Assembly (NCBI GenBank): GCA_031316235.1
Contig: JALDRA010000001.1
Location: 3,450,001-3,482,000 of the forward strand
Length of the DNA: 32,000 nucleotides
Source: Candidatus Scalindua sp.
GTDB lineage: Bacteria; Planctomycetota; Brocadiia; Brocadiales; Scalinduaceae
Direction of reading: 5' to 3'
The number at the start of each line of letters is the position of its first letter. The first letter of the stretch is position 1. The notes below the pieces were generated by a model. The model saw only the letters and a program-made list of their open reading frames with translations. It was not told where the DNA came from and did not search any database. Positions 8,194 to 16,456 of the stretch are shown in pieces. A program made the position numbers and the translations under genes.

Positions 8194-10014
8194 TCATATC
8201 CTCTCCTTGTATTTTACCTCCTGGAAATTGAGTCGAAATTCTGTCCCTCCATTTCTCTTGAGTCCCAGTTTACCCTGTAATTGATTCTCTGATAAATTGG
8301 TTATCAGCCTCAAACCGAGTGACTGGGTATTTCTGTAATCTAACTCTTCTGGAATTCCGATACCATTGTCACTGACTATGAGTTCAAACATCTCAGATTC
8401 TGAGTCCGCATTGGGCAATCGTTGATTTCCCGGCTGACTGGTATCAATTGGAATCTGACGCAGGGATATTTTTATTTCACCATCTTTTTTTCCCGGAAAG
8501 GCGTATTTCAGGGAGTTCGTTACCAGTTCATTGACAATCAATCCGCAGGGAATTGCTGTATCAATTCCAAAGGGAACCGTTTCAATATTCATCTTCAGTG
8601 CGACTTTGCCATCACTCACTTTATATGATAAAAACAGGTCATTTACAAGATTCTTAATGTAATCATTGAAATCAATATTTGCCAGATCTTTGGAACGGTA
8701 GAGTTTCTCGTGAATTAGAGCCATGGCCTTTATCCGGTTCTGGCTTTCTTTAAATATCTCAACATACTTCTCATCTTTGATATGGCTTGATTGAAGCCTG
8801 AGCAGACTTGAAATAACCTGCATATTATTCTTGACCCTGTGATAAATTTCCCGTGAAAGCATATCCTTTTCCCTTATGGATTCCCTGAGTTTGTTCATCA
8901 TTAAATTAAATGATTCAACCAGGTCTTTTATTTCATCACTCCTTTTTCCAATGGTTATCGGATGTTCCAGATCACCATCCGCCATCCTCTTGGTCCCCTC
9001 TATCAGTTTTTGTATAATCGCGTTTGTTTTGCCGGAAATAACAAACGCAAATATAAATACCAGAAATAATACTCCACCTCCGGAGAGCAAAAAAACATAT
9101 TTAATCCTCAGTAACGGCAGAAAGGCATCTTTAACATATTTTTCTGCCAGGATCACCCAGTTTGCTTCAGGTACAAACAGCGCTGTACCCAATACCCGAA
9201 TACCCTTATAATTTTCATAGATTCCGGATAATTCTCTCTTTGAGGTCAGCACTTCTTTCACCGCCTTTGTATCAACTATCTGATTAAAACCAGACCCCTC
9301 TAGAAAACGTGAATTTAATAACATCAACTTGTTACTGTTTACAATATAAATCTCACCGGAAGGATCAACAAAACTTTCTTTGTCAGAACGGTACATTGGT
9401 TCCTTGAGTATCCCTTCAAGAATATTGCCCTTTACCTTGGTAACGAGAACTCCCATGGGTCTGTGCAGATCTTTGTCTGCAAGGATTGCAGAAAAGACTA
9501 ACTGTAATTCCTCACCCTTTTCCGACCGTTCAAGGGCATCAGAAAAATAGGGCCCCTTACTTTCAAGAGAAAGGAATGGGTCCCTGAAGTAAACTTCACT
9601 CGATTTGTCTTTGCCTATCTGGTGGCGTGAAGATGAAGCGATGACCTCTCCTCCTTTGTTGAGAATTGATACCTCAATCAGGTCAGGATCCAGCCTTTTT
9701 TGTTTTTTTATGAGGTAGGTATTCAACCTTTCACTGATCTCAGAATAATCAGGAGTTTTTCGATTCATCTGTTCTACACAGTCACTGATAAATCCGTCTG
9801 AACTGAAATCGACAACCCTGATTCTTCTTTTCGACAGTAAGAGTTTCAGTTGTTCATTCAGACTGTGTGCCGTAGACCTTAGATGCCTTTGTACCTCTTC
9901 TCTTGTCCTGTCATGGACATATTTATACACTATGGTGCCTGCAATACCCAGGGGTACGATGGTTACCAATAAAAATAAAAGAAACAGTTTTACACCAAAT
10001 TTTGTAAGCTTCAT
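8194..10014 (-). CDS. sensor histidine kinase: TM, extracytoplasmic Cache-like region, TM, HAMP, HisKA_2-type DHp, HATPase
   Basis: It has an N-terminal TM (FLLFLLVTIVPLGIAG), a second TM (VFLLSGGGVLFLVFIFAFVI) and a HAMP region (GDLEHPITIGKRSDEI). The H-box EIYHRVKNNMQVISSLLRLQ is typical of HisKA_2/HWE-like kinases. The ATPase motifs are NELVTNSLKYAF and DNGIGIP. Confidence 0.9.
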   Translation of the reverse strand: MKLTKFGVKLFLLFLLVTIVPLGIAGTIVYKYVHDRTREEVQRHLRSTAHSLNEQLKLLLSKRRIRVVDFSSDGFISDCVEQMNRKTPDYSEISERLNTYLIKKQKRLDPDLIEVSILNKGGEVIASSSRHQIGKDKSSEVYFRDPFLSLESKGPYFSDALERSEKGEELQLVFSAILADKDLHRPMGVLVTKVKGNILEGILKEPMYRSDKESFVDPSGEIYIVNSNKLMLLNSRFLEGSGFNQIVDTKAVKEVLTSKRELSGIYENYKGIRVLGTALFVPEANWVILAEKYVKDAFLPLLRIKYVFLLSGGGVLFLVFIFAFVISGKTNAIIQKLIEGTKRMADGDLEHPITIGKRSDEIKDLVESFNLMMNKLRESIREKDMLSREIYHRVKNNMQVISSLLRLQSSHIKDEKYVEIFKESQNRIKAMALIHEKLYRSKDLANIDFNDYIKNLVNDLFLSYKVSDGKVALKMNIETVPFGIDTAIPCGLIVNELVTNSLKYAFPGKKDGEIKISLRQIPIDTSQPGNQRLPNADSESEMFELIVSDNGIGIPEELDYRNTQSLGLRLITNLSENQLQGKLGLKRNGGTEFRLNFQEVKYKERI

Positions 10015-10053
10015 TTTTTCACAATACTTCCATCCCCAGGGTATCGGTTCAGG

Positions 10054-10194
10054 TACACTGAAACTGCTTTGGTTTTAGATTTATCTAAAAACCAAAGCCT
10101 GATTAATGGTATCCCCGGACAAAAAACGCCGAGGACTTGTACTCGCTCCGTTTTTTCCCGGATTTTATCCGAAAACCTTTATAAGATGAGTATG
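10054..10194 (+). repeat. modular palindromic intergenic element, copy 4 (variant A + inserted module B + C)
   Basis: tacactgaaactgctttggttttagatttatctaaaaaccaaagcctgattaatgg + tatccccggacaaaaaacgccgaggactt + gtactcgctccgttttttcccggattttatccgaaaacctttataagatgagtatg. It sits inside the DUF3365-kinase operon gap. Confidence 0.85.
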
Positions 10195-10241
10195 CTGAGT
10201 TATGCATCGTGCGAGACCGGGAAATTACCTTTTCCATAAAC

Positions 10242-10862
10242 TTAATCTTCAAGCGAAACAATAATACTTATCCCGCCACGAACATCACCCACGTTGTATC
10301 CATATGCATGGTCATATGGATATCTCTCTTCAAGAAATTTTCTTATTTCCGGTCGTGTCTTCTTCTTTGTACTATGACATTCTAAGCATGCCTTCTCAAC
10401 ATAAATAGGCTTCATGTATCTATATATTTTTCTTCCGCCTGTTACAAGGATCTCTCCAAATCCGGTGCCTTTCGGATAGTCTGATGCATCGAACAATTTC
10501 AATACCTGCTCTTCCCATTTATCCGGTGCGTTATCAGGGTTTCTGAGTTTAAGGCTGGTTTGCTTCAGTTTATGTCCGGTCCTCAGACTGAAATCATTAG
10601 CCACTTCTGAACCAACCATAGCCGGTATAAATCCTTTGAAGTAGTAGTTGCCGGATATCGGATCCATGTTGATAAGGTCCTGGTTCTTTGCTATAACGCT
10701 TCTCGTAGCAATCAGCATGTCAATTGTTGTATCGGCCAGCGTCTGCAGGCATTTCATGTGATTATTTTTTCGGTTTCCCGCATAATCAGATCTCGTATTG
10801 ATGCTGCAGAGTAAAATTACAAGAGCAAGTATTGAAAAGATTCTTTTGTTTATAGTGTACAT
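10242..10862 (-). CDS. secreted DUF3365 (Tll0287-like) c-type heme protein
   Basis: It has a single CLECH heme c motif (10374..10388) and the conserved GNYYFKG, LKQTSLK.RNP.N.PD.WE, MKPIYV and GDVRGGISI blocks. The signal-peptide-like MYTINKRIFSILALVILLCS favours a start at 10862; the ORF-track alternative is 10925. Confidence 0.85.
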   Translation of the reverse strand: MYTINKRIFSILALVILLCSINTRSDYAGNRKNNHMKCLQTLADTTIDMLIATRSVIAKNQDLINMDPISGNYYFKGFIPAMVGSEVANDFSLRTGHKLKQTSLKLRNPDNAPDKWEEQVLKLFDASDYPKGTGFGEILVTGGRKIYRYMKPIYVEKACLECHSTKKKTRPEIRKFLEERYPYDHAYGYNVGDVRGGISIIVSLED

Positions 10863-11313
10863 GGTGCCATTCTCCCATAATTTTGATATAAATCGGCAAA
10901 TGGTTCTTTTTTTGAAAGGTATCACATTGGGGATATTTCCTGAAGCTCCTTTACTCTTTGTGGTGCATGCATTGACTTTACTATATAATTTTGGATTTCA
11001 TATATCAAGCATAAATAACATGGACAGATAGCCTGATTACGTTAGTTTAGTATTGCAAAGACCAGCATATTAGTATAGGATTCAGGTAATACCAATAGTT
11101 TGATCACCGCGTTTCCTTTTAGATAGTTACCGATTCATAATACCAGCATGAAATAAATTGTTATACTTTACGACATTGTGAAAGCGTATCTGAAAAGGTA
11201 AAACTTTCATCGATTGGGGAGGTGACGATTGATGATACAGAAGCTAAAAGCATTTTTAAGTATATCAATCACATGTGGCTTATTTCCTACCGCCGGCGTA
11301 CGCTCTATCCTGA

Positions 11314-11396
11314 TATACGCATCTCATAATGGTTTTCGGATAAAATCCGGGAAAAAATTGAGCGAGTATAACTGCAACCAAATCGGTTTTAGTATA
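11314..11396 (-). repeat. modular palindromic intergenic element, copy 5 (inverted; module A hairpin deleted, C intact)
   Basis: The reverse complement reads tatactaaaaccgatttggttgcagt + tatactcgctcaattttttcccggattttatccgaaaaccattatgagatgcgtata. Confidence 0.85.
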
Positions 11397-11725
11397 TCTC
11401 CTTACCGGAATATCATATCTGGAACAATCAGAGATCTGCACTTAATCCTCAATCCTGTAATGGGTATTTTCATCTGGAAGTACGTATTTTTCTGTTGTGA
11501 GATATTCGGTCATATGCAACGTATTTTCAAAGAGAACTTTTTTCACATCAGCCAGCGTATAAATAATAAGGGCAACCCGGGAGAGGAATTGCCATGTGCC
11601 CAGGTGTGGTTATATAAAAACGGAGTATTAGAAGGGTTAAGGCACAGACATGACAGTATCACCCGGGGTGCAGTAGAATTTTTTCACGACAACAGGCTGC
11701 CTGTTAATAATCGGTTGCAATAATT

Positions 11726-13144
11726 ATGGTAAGGAAAATCATGTACACCATGAAGAGTAACGATTTTTGTCTCAAAGATGGCTCTCTAATTGCCATTATA
11801 GGAGGAGGACCTGCCGGAAGTTTCTTTGCTCATTTTGCATCGAGATATGCAGCAGAAATGGGTCTTGAGGTCTCTATAAGAATCTTTGACAAAAAGGATT
11901 TCTGCCAGAGTGGGCCGCGTGGATGTAATATGTGTGCGGGTGTGATCTCAGAGAACTTATGTAATAAACTGGAGGAGGAAGGAATAACTATTCCCCTGCT
12001 CTGTACCCAGAGAAGGATAGAAGGGTATTGTCTTCAGACTCAGGATGATAGTGTACTTCTTCATCACCCTGTTCCAGGACACGTGCCAGAAATTGTTACG
12101 GTATTTCGTGGAAATGGCCCATTATTACATGAACATGAAGGCAATGTCAGTTTTGATGATTTCCTGTTAAATCATGTAAAGAAAAGGGGTGTAGAAGTCA
12201 TCTCTGGAATTGTAAAAGGGCTTAAACGATCTTCCAGGAAAGGAGACCCGATAAAGTTGATTTTTGGTGAAGAGAAGTCAAAGAAAGAGATTCAAGCGGA
12301 TTTGGTGGTCGGAGCTTTCGGCGTAAATACCGGAATAATGGAAAGGCTTGCCAGTATGGATTTCGGATACACACCACCTAAGGTTGTACGAACGTGTCAG
12401 TGTGAAATAATGCTGGGTAAAGAATACATTGAAAAGACGTTTGGTAACAATGTATTTGTTTTTGAATTGGGAATGAAGGAACTCAAGTTTGCATCAATTA
12501 CTACGAAAAGAGACTATATAACTGTCAGCCTGGTTGGCAGAAAGGATTTGACCAGAAATAATCTCATAGACTTTTTTAATCATCCGGCAGTAAGAAAATT
12601 AATGCCGGATGGCTGGGAGATACCTGGTAATTTTTGTATGTGTTTATCAAAGATCCCCGTATCCCATGCAAATCATCCTTATACAGACAGAATCGTTATA
12701 GTAGGCGATGCCAGCATTTCGCGTGCTTATAAAAGCGGCATCGAATCGGCCTTTAATATGGCAAAGCTGTCTGCCTATACGGCTTTTAAGTACGGGGTAT
12801 CAGAAGGTGCATTTCTGAAAGGTTATTTTAAGCCGGCCAGGAAACTTCTGGCGCGTGATAATTTATATGGCATCGTGATGCTAAAAATCAACGATTACAT
12901 ATCATCACAGCGACACATAGCAAATTCTCATATCAATGTCATCAAATCAAACAAGGGCGCGAAAATTGCTGACGAAATTAACGAAATTTTATGGAACATG
13001 CTTACCGGAAATACAAGTTATAAAGAGATACTCTGTAAAGTCATACTTAATCCACGGCTTGTATTTACCATGTTGTCAATCAGTATGATTGCATGGGTAA
13101 GGCAAAAGATAGACGATTTCAATGCCTGGTGGGAAAACCATTGA
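11726..13144 (+). CDS. NAD(P)/FAD-dependent oxidoreductase (geranylgeranyl-reductase-like fold)
   Basis: It has the dinucleotide-binding motif IAIIGGGPAGSFFA, a GCNMCAGVI cysteine motif, a later VIVGDA motif and a hydrophobic C-terminal segment. The substrate cannot be inferred. The start may be one of the downstream ATGs (11747 or 11756). Confidence 0.7.
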   Translation: MVRKIMYTMKSNDFCLKDGSLIAIIGGGPAGSFFAHFASRYAAEMGLEVSIRIFDKKDFCQSGPRGCNMCAGVISENLCNKLEEEGITIPLLCTQRRIEGYCLQTQDDSVLLHHPVPGHVPEIVTVFRGNGPLLHEHEGNVSFDDFLLNHVKKRGVEVISGIVKGLKRSSRKGDPIKLIFGEEKSKKEIQADLVVGAFGVNTGIMERLASMDFGYTPPKVVRTCQCEIMLGKEYIEKTFGNNVFVFELGMKELKFASITTKRDYITVSLVGRKDLTRNNLIDFFNHPAVRKLMPDGWEIPGNFCMCLSKIPVSHANHPYTDRIVIVGDASISRAYKSGIESAFNMAKLSAYTAFKYGVSEGAFLKGYFKPARKLLARDNLYGIVMLKINDYISSQRHIANSHINVIKSNKGAKIADEINEILWNMLTGNTSYKEILCKVILNPRLVFTMLSISMIAWVRQKIDDFNAWWENH

Positions 13145-13175
13145 TATTGGATGAGTAAAAGATTTTGTATGAGAG

Positions 13176-13568
13176 TTACTCCTTCTCTTTTTCGGTTTTG
13201 TGCTTATAAAGGGCCAGCTCGATCGCTATCTTCAGATCTTCATTTAAGAAAGGTTTCACAATATATCCAGATGGCTCGGTTAACTTCGCCCTCTCGAGTA
13301 CCTCGTCATCGGCGTAAGCGGTGAGATAGATAATGGGAATGTGGAAACGGGAGCGGATCTGATTGGCAGTTTCTATCCCGTCCATTTCTCCCTGTAACAC
13401 AATATCCATCAGTACTAAATCAGGTTTGTCCTTTTCAGCGTTTTTAATTGCCGCATCCCCTGATGATGATATTGAGGTTACGGAATATCCTAAACTCTGC
13501 AGGCTCATTTTTATGTCTTCAGCGGTGATCCATTCATCTTCAACGATCATTATCTTTGCATTTACCAT
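13176..13568 (-). CDS. single-domain CheY-like response regulator (paralog of 7545..8048, no tail)
   Basis: It has the receiver motifs IMIVEDE, DLVLMDIVL and YIVKPF. Its start lies 4 nt downstream of the Amt-kinase stop, so the two are likely co-transcribed. Confidence 0.92.
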   Translation of the reverse strand: MVNAKIMIVEDEWITAEDIKMSLQSLGYSVTSISSSGDAAIKNAEKDKPDLVLMDIVLQGEMDGIETANQIRSRFHIPIIYLTAYADDEVLERAKLTEPSGYIVKPFLNEDLKIAIELALYKHKTEKEKE

Positions 13569-13572
13569 TATC

Positions 13573-15582
13573 TTATATTCTCTGTTTGTATTTTGCTTCC
13601 TTGAATGTAATCTGAAATTTTGTTCCCTGCTTCCGATCTATCTCAATTTTACCCTGGAGTTGATTTTCCGCTAAATTGGTGATCAGCCGTAGACCGAGAG
13701 ATTGTGTGTTGCTGAGATCCAGTTCCTCTGATATACCAACACCGTTATCACTTACTATGAGCTCAAACATATCGGATGTTAAACCTGTAATTCTATGCAG
13801 GGATATTCTGATTTCACCGGCTTTTCCTTTTGGGAATGCGTATTTCAATGAATTGGATACCAATTCATTGATGATAAGTCCGCAGGGAATGGCGGTATCG
13901 ATCCCCAGTGAAATAGTATCAATATTCATCGTTAACTCAATATCTGAGGAACTGACTTTATAGGATAGAAACAGATCATTTACCAGATCTTTAATATAGT
14001 CGTTGAATTCAACATTAGCAAAGTCTTGAGACCGATAAAGTTTTTCGTGGATAAGAGCCATTACCTTTATACGGTTCTGGCTCTCTTTTGCCATCTCTAA
14101 AGTTTTCTCATCCGTTACGTTTCTGGTTTGAAGGCGGAGCAGGCTGGACATGACCTGCATGTTGTTCTTAACCCGATGGTGGATTTCTCTCAGAAGCAAT
14201 TCTTTCTCTTTGAGAGAATTTGCTGTTTTTGCGGCCTCTTTTTGCAGGGCATCCATGACCCAGTTATAACGTTCGGCAATCTGACCGATTTCCGTGAATG
14301 GTTCTACCGGTATACGGAGACTCATGTCTCCTGTCCTCACCTGGCTGTCCATAGTCCTGAACATATCCAGGAGTTCTGTAGTAGCTCCGTGTTCAGAGAC
14401 ATTAAGACCGATATATTCGTCCTCAGGGGTAACGCGAAGCGGAAAATAGCGGTTTATCATGAGAAGTAATGGAAATGATATGCCGAATGTCCATAAGGAA
14501 CATACACCTATACCGATGCATTGAGTTAAAAATTGATCTCCGCGGGGGAGTCCTGTGCCGAGGAGTTCTGTGCTGCCGAAGATGGCAGCTGCGAGTGTTC
14601 CCCAGACCCCTGCACCCAGGTGAACCTGAATCGCACCTACCGCATCATCAATCTGTAAATATTCCAGCAGATAATCAACCCCCAGCATGATCATACCGCC
14701 TATTCCTCCGATGGCTATGGCCGACAGGGTATTTACCACATGTACCGATGCAGTAATGGCTACCAGGCCCGCAACTGATCCAAATATTACCAGTTCTACA
14801 TCCGCCTGCTTCCGAAGTATCCATCCCGTTGTAAGTGTGACCATAGAACCGGAGGCGCCTGCCAGAAAGGTATTTGTAATAATGCCCGGGACCTGGTCGT
14901 TCAAAGCAAGTGTGCTGCCGCCGTTGAATCCAAACCAGCCCATCCAGAGGAGTAACACCCCGAGCACGGACAGGGGAAGATTGCTGCCATGAATCTTTCT
15001 GGGAGGGCCAACCGGAGGGAAACGGCCCTCACGAGGTCCGATAACCAATAGTGCTGCCAATGCAACCCATCCGCCGACACTGTGGACTACCGTTGCCCCG
15101 GCGAAGTCGACGAAACCTATCTGAGCAAGCCAGCCAGATACCATATTCCTTTGTTCACCATTCCAGGCCCAATGGCCAAAGATCGGGTATATGAGGCTTG
15201 AGAGGAGTATTGATATGATAATGTAGCTTCTGAATCGAAGGCGCTCAGCTGTGGACCCGGAGACTATTGTTACTGCTGTGGCACAGAACATGATCTGGAA
15301 CAGAAAAAAAGCGGTCGGCCAGGGACCTTTGTCAGTAGCCAGAAAAAAACCAGTTGTTCCTATCCAGCCGCTGCAGGTTACGCCGTACATAAGAGCGAAA
15401 CCAAAAGACCAGTATAAGATAGTAGAGATCCCAAAGTCGGTTATATTTTTTATGGCAACATTGATGCTGTTTTTTGACCGTGTCAATCCCGATTCAAGGC
15501 AGGTGAACCCCGCCTGCATGAGAAATACCAGACCGGCACAGATCGTGACCCAAAAGATATCTTCCAGCGATTTCTCTATCAT
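13573..15582 (-). CDS. ammonium transporter (Amt) domain fused to a HisKA_2-type histidine kinase
   Basis: The N-terminal ~400 aa carry Amt signatures (AGFTCLESGLTRSKN, FAGATVVHSVGGWVALAALLVIGPR, VHLGAGVWGTL). The C-terminal 204 aa (13576..14187) hold the H-box EIHHRVKNNMQVMSSLLRLQ plus an HATPase domain. Confidence 0.93.
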   Translation of the reverse strand: MIEKSLEDIFWVTICAGLVFLMQAGFTCLESGLTRSKNSINVAIKNITDFGISTILYWSFGFALMYGVTCSGWIGTTGFFLATDKGPWPTAFFLFQIMFCATAVTIVSGSTAERLRFRSYIIISILLSSLIYPIFGHWAWNGEQRNMVSGWLAQIGFVDFAGATVVHSVGGWVALAALLVIGPREGRFPPVGPPRKIHGSNLPLSVLGVLLLWMGWFGFNGGSTLALNDQVPGIITNTFLAGASGSMVTLTTGWILRKQADVELVIFGSVAGLVAITASVHVVNTLSAIAIGGIGGMIMLGVDYLLEYLQIDDAVGAIQVHLGAGVWGTLAAAIFGSTELLGTGLPRGDQFLTQCIGIGVCSLWTFGISFPLLLMINRYFPLRVTPEDEYIGLNVSEHGATTELLDMFRTMDSQVRTGDMSLRIPVEPFTEIGQIAERYNWVMDALQKEAAKTANSLKEKELLLREIHHRVKNNMQVMSSLLRLQTRNVTDEKTLEMAKESQNRIKVMALIHEKLYRSQDFANVEFNDYIKDLVNDLFLSYKVSSSDIELTMNIDTISLGIDTAIPCGLIINELVSNSLKYAFPKGKAGEIRISLHRITGLTSDMFELIVSDNGVGISEELDLSNTQSLGLRLITNLAENQLQGKIEIDRKQGTKFQITFKEAKYKQRI

Positions 15583-15684
15583 CTATTCTCCCTTTCAATT
15601 TCTCTCTGGCAAAATTGAAACTGACCGGTAACCATCAAATGTTCATGATAAACGGTAACGAGAAAGAAAGGCAAGGGAATTTTA

Positions 15685-15692
15685 ATTATTTT
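15685..15692. repeat. target-site duplication, left copy (ATTATTTT)
   Basis: The identical 8-mer directly abuts the outer end of each IS inverted repeat (15685..15692 and 17903..17910). Confidence 0.85.
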
Positions 15693-15719
15693 GGGAGCAT
15701 TCCCGATTTTTTGTAAAAT
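15693..15719 (+). repeat. IS left terminal inverted repeat
   Basis: gggagcattcccgattttttgtaaaat compared with the reverse complement of 17876..17902, gggtgcattcccaatttattgtaaaat. There are 3 mismatches. Confidence 0.88.
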
Positions 15720-15732
15720 ATAATAAAAGATC

Positions 15733-15761
15733 TTGACTTCCTCGTTGTTTTCAACGATAAT
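15733..15761 (+). promoter_or_regulatory. candidate sigma-70 promoter inside the IS for the methylase (TTGACT-17 bp-GATAAT)
   Basis: The -35 ttgact is at 15733-15738 and the -10 gataat is at 15756-15761. The -10 ends 6 nt before the methylase ATG (15768) and there is no Shine-Dalgarno sequence, which suggests a leaderless mRNA. A GATC (15729-15732) abuts the -35. Confidence 0.4.
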
Positions 15762-15767
15762 TCTTCC

Positions 15768-16433
15768 ATGAATTATCCAGGCGGCAAAGGAGGTGTATTC
15801 CAAAAGTTAATCAATCTTATGCCACCCCATGATGTCTACATAGAGACTCATTTGGGTGGTGGCGCTGTTATACGGAACAAACGACCTGCCAGGAGTAATT
15901 TTGGGATAGAAATTGACTCGGAAGTTGTTGAGATGTGGACAAATATGCATCCAATAGGTTTTGAACTGGTCCATGATGACGCAATTAATTATCTGAATAA
16001 TTATCATTTCACAGGAAAAGAACTGGTATATTGTGACCCACCATATCTTCGCGAGACAAGGAAAAAGTATGGACGGCTATATAAATATGACTATAGCCGT
16101 GCGCAGCACATCGAACTTTTGGAAGTTTTGAAAACTCTTCCCTGCATGGTGATGATATCCGGTTACGAGTCAACCTTATACAAAGAATCATTGCGTAGCT
16201 GGCAGACACATTCTTTTCAGGCCGTCTGTCATCATGGCGTAGCAACGGAGTGGTTATGGATGAACTATAGTGTTCCGGTAGGACTGCACGACTATCGTTA
16301 TCTTGGCAATAACTTTCGTGAGCGGGAACGGATAAAGAGGAAGACCAAAAGGTGGACAGCGAAACTTAAATCCATGCCTGTATTAGAACGTCAGGCGTTA
16401 CTATTCGCCATAGATGTATTCAGGGAGCGATAG
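15768..16433 (+). CDS. D12-class (Dam-family) N6-adenine DNA methyltransferase, orphan (no restriction partner seen)
   Basis: It has YPGGKG at the N-terminus, a HLGGGAV (FxGxG-like AdoMet) motif and the catalytic DPPY in VYCDPPYL. It lies inside the IS inverted repeats. Confidence 0.82.
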   Translation: MNYPGGKGGVFQKLINLMPPHDVYIETHLGGGAVIRNKRPARSNFGIEIDSEVVEMWTNMHPIGFELVHDDAINYLNNYHFTGKELVYCDPPYLRETRKKYGRLYKYDYSRAQHIELLEVLKTLPCMVMISGYESTLYKESLRSWQTHSFQAVCHHGVATEWLWMNYSVPVGLHDYRYLGNNFRERERIKRKTKRWTAKLKSMPVLERQALLFAIDVFRER

Positions 16434-16456
16434 AAGTCTTTTGAAAGGGGGTATTT

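Noticed and set aside
11229-11723. 164-aa ORF in the divergent gap upstream of the FAD oxidoreductase
   Set aside because: Its N-terminal third is simply the translation of repeat copy 5 (..SHNGFRIKSGKKLSEYNCNQIGFS..). The rest has no recognisable motif and no RBS, so it is most likely non-coding.
14128-15631. Several 70-126-aa plus-strand ORFs (14128, 14469, 14687, 15251)
   Set aside because: All lie antisense within the Amt-kinase CDS, whose translation is full of family signatures. They are typical shadow ORFs.
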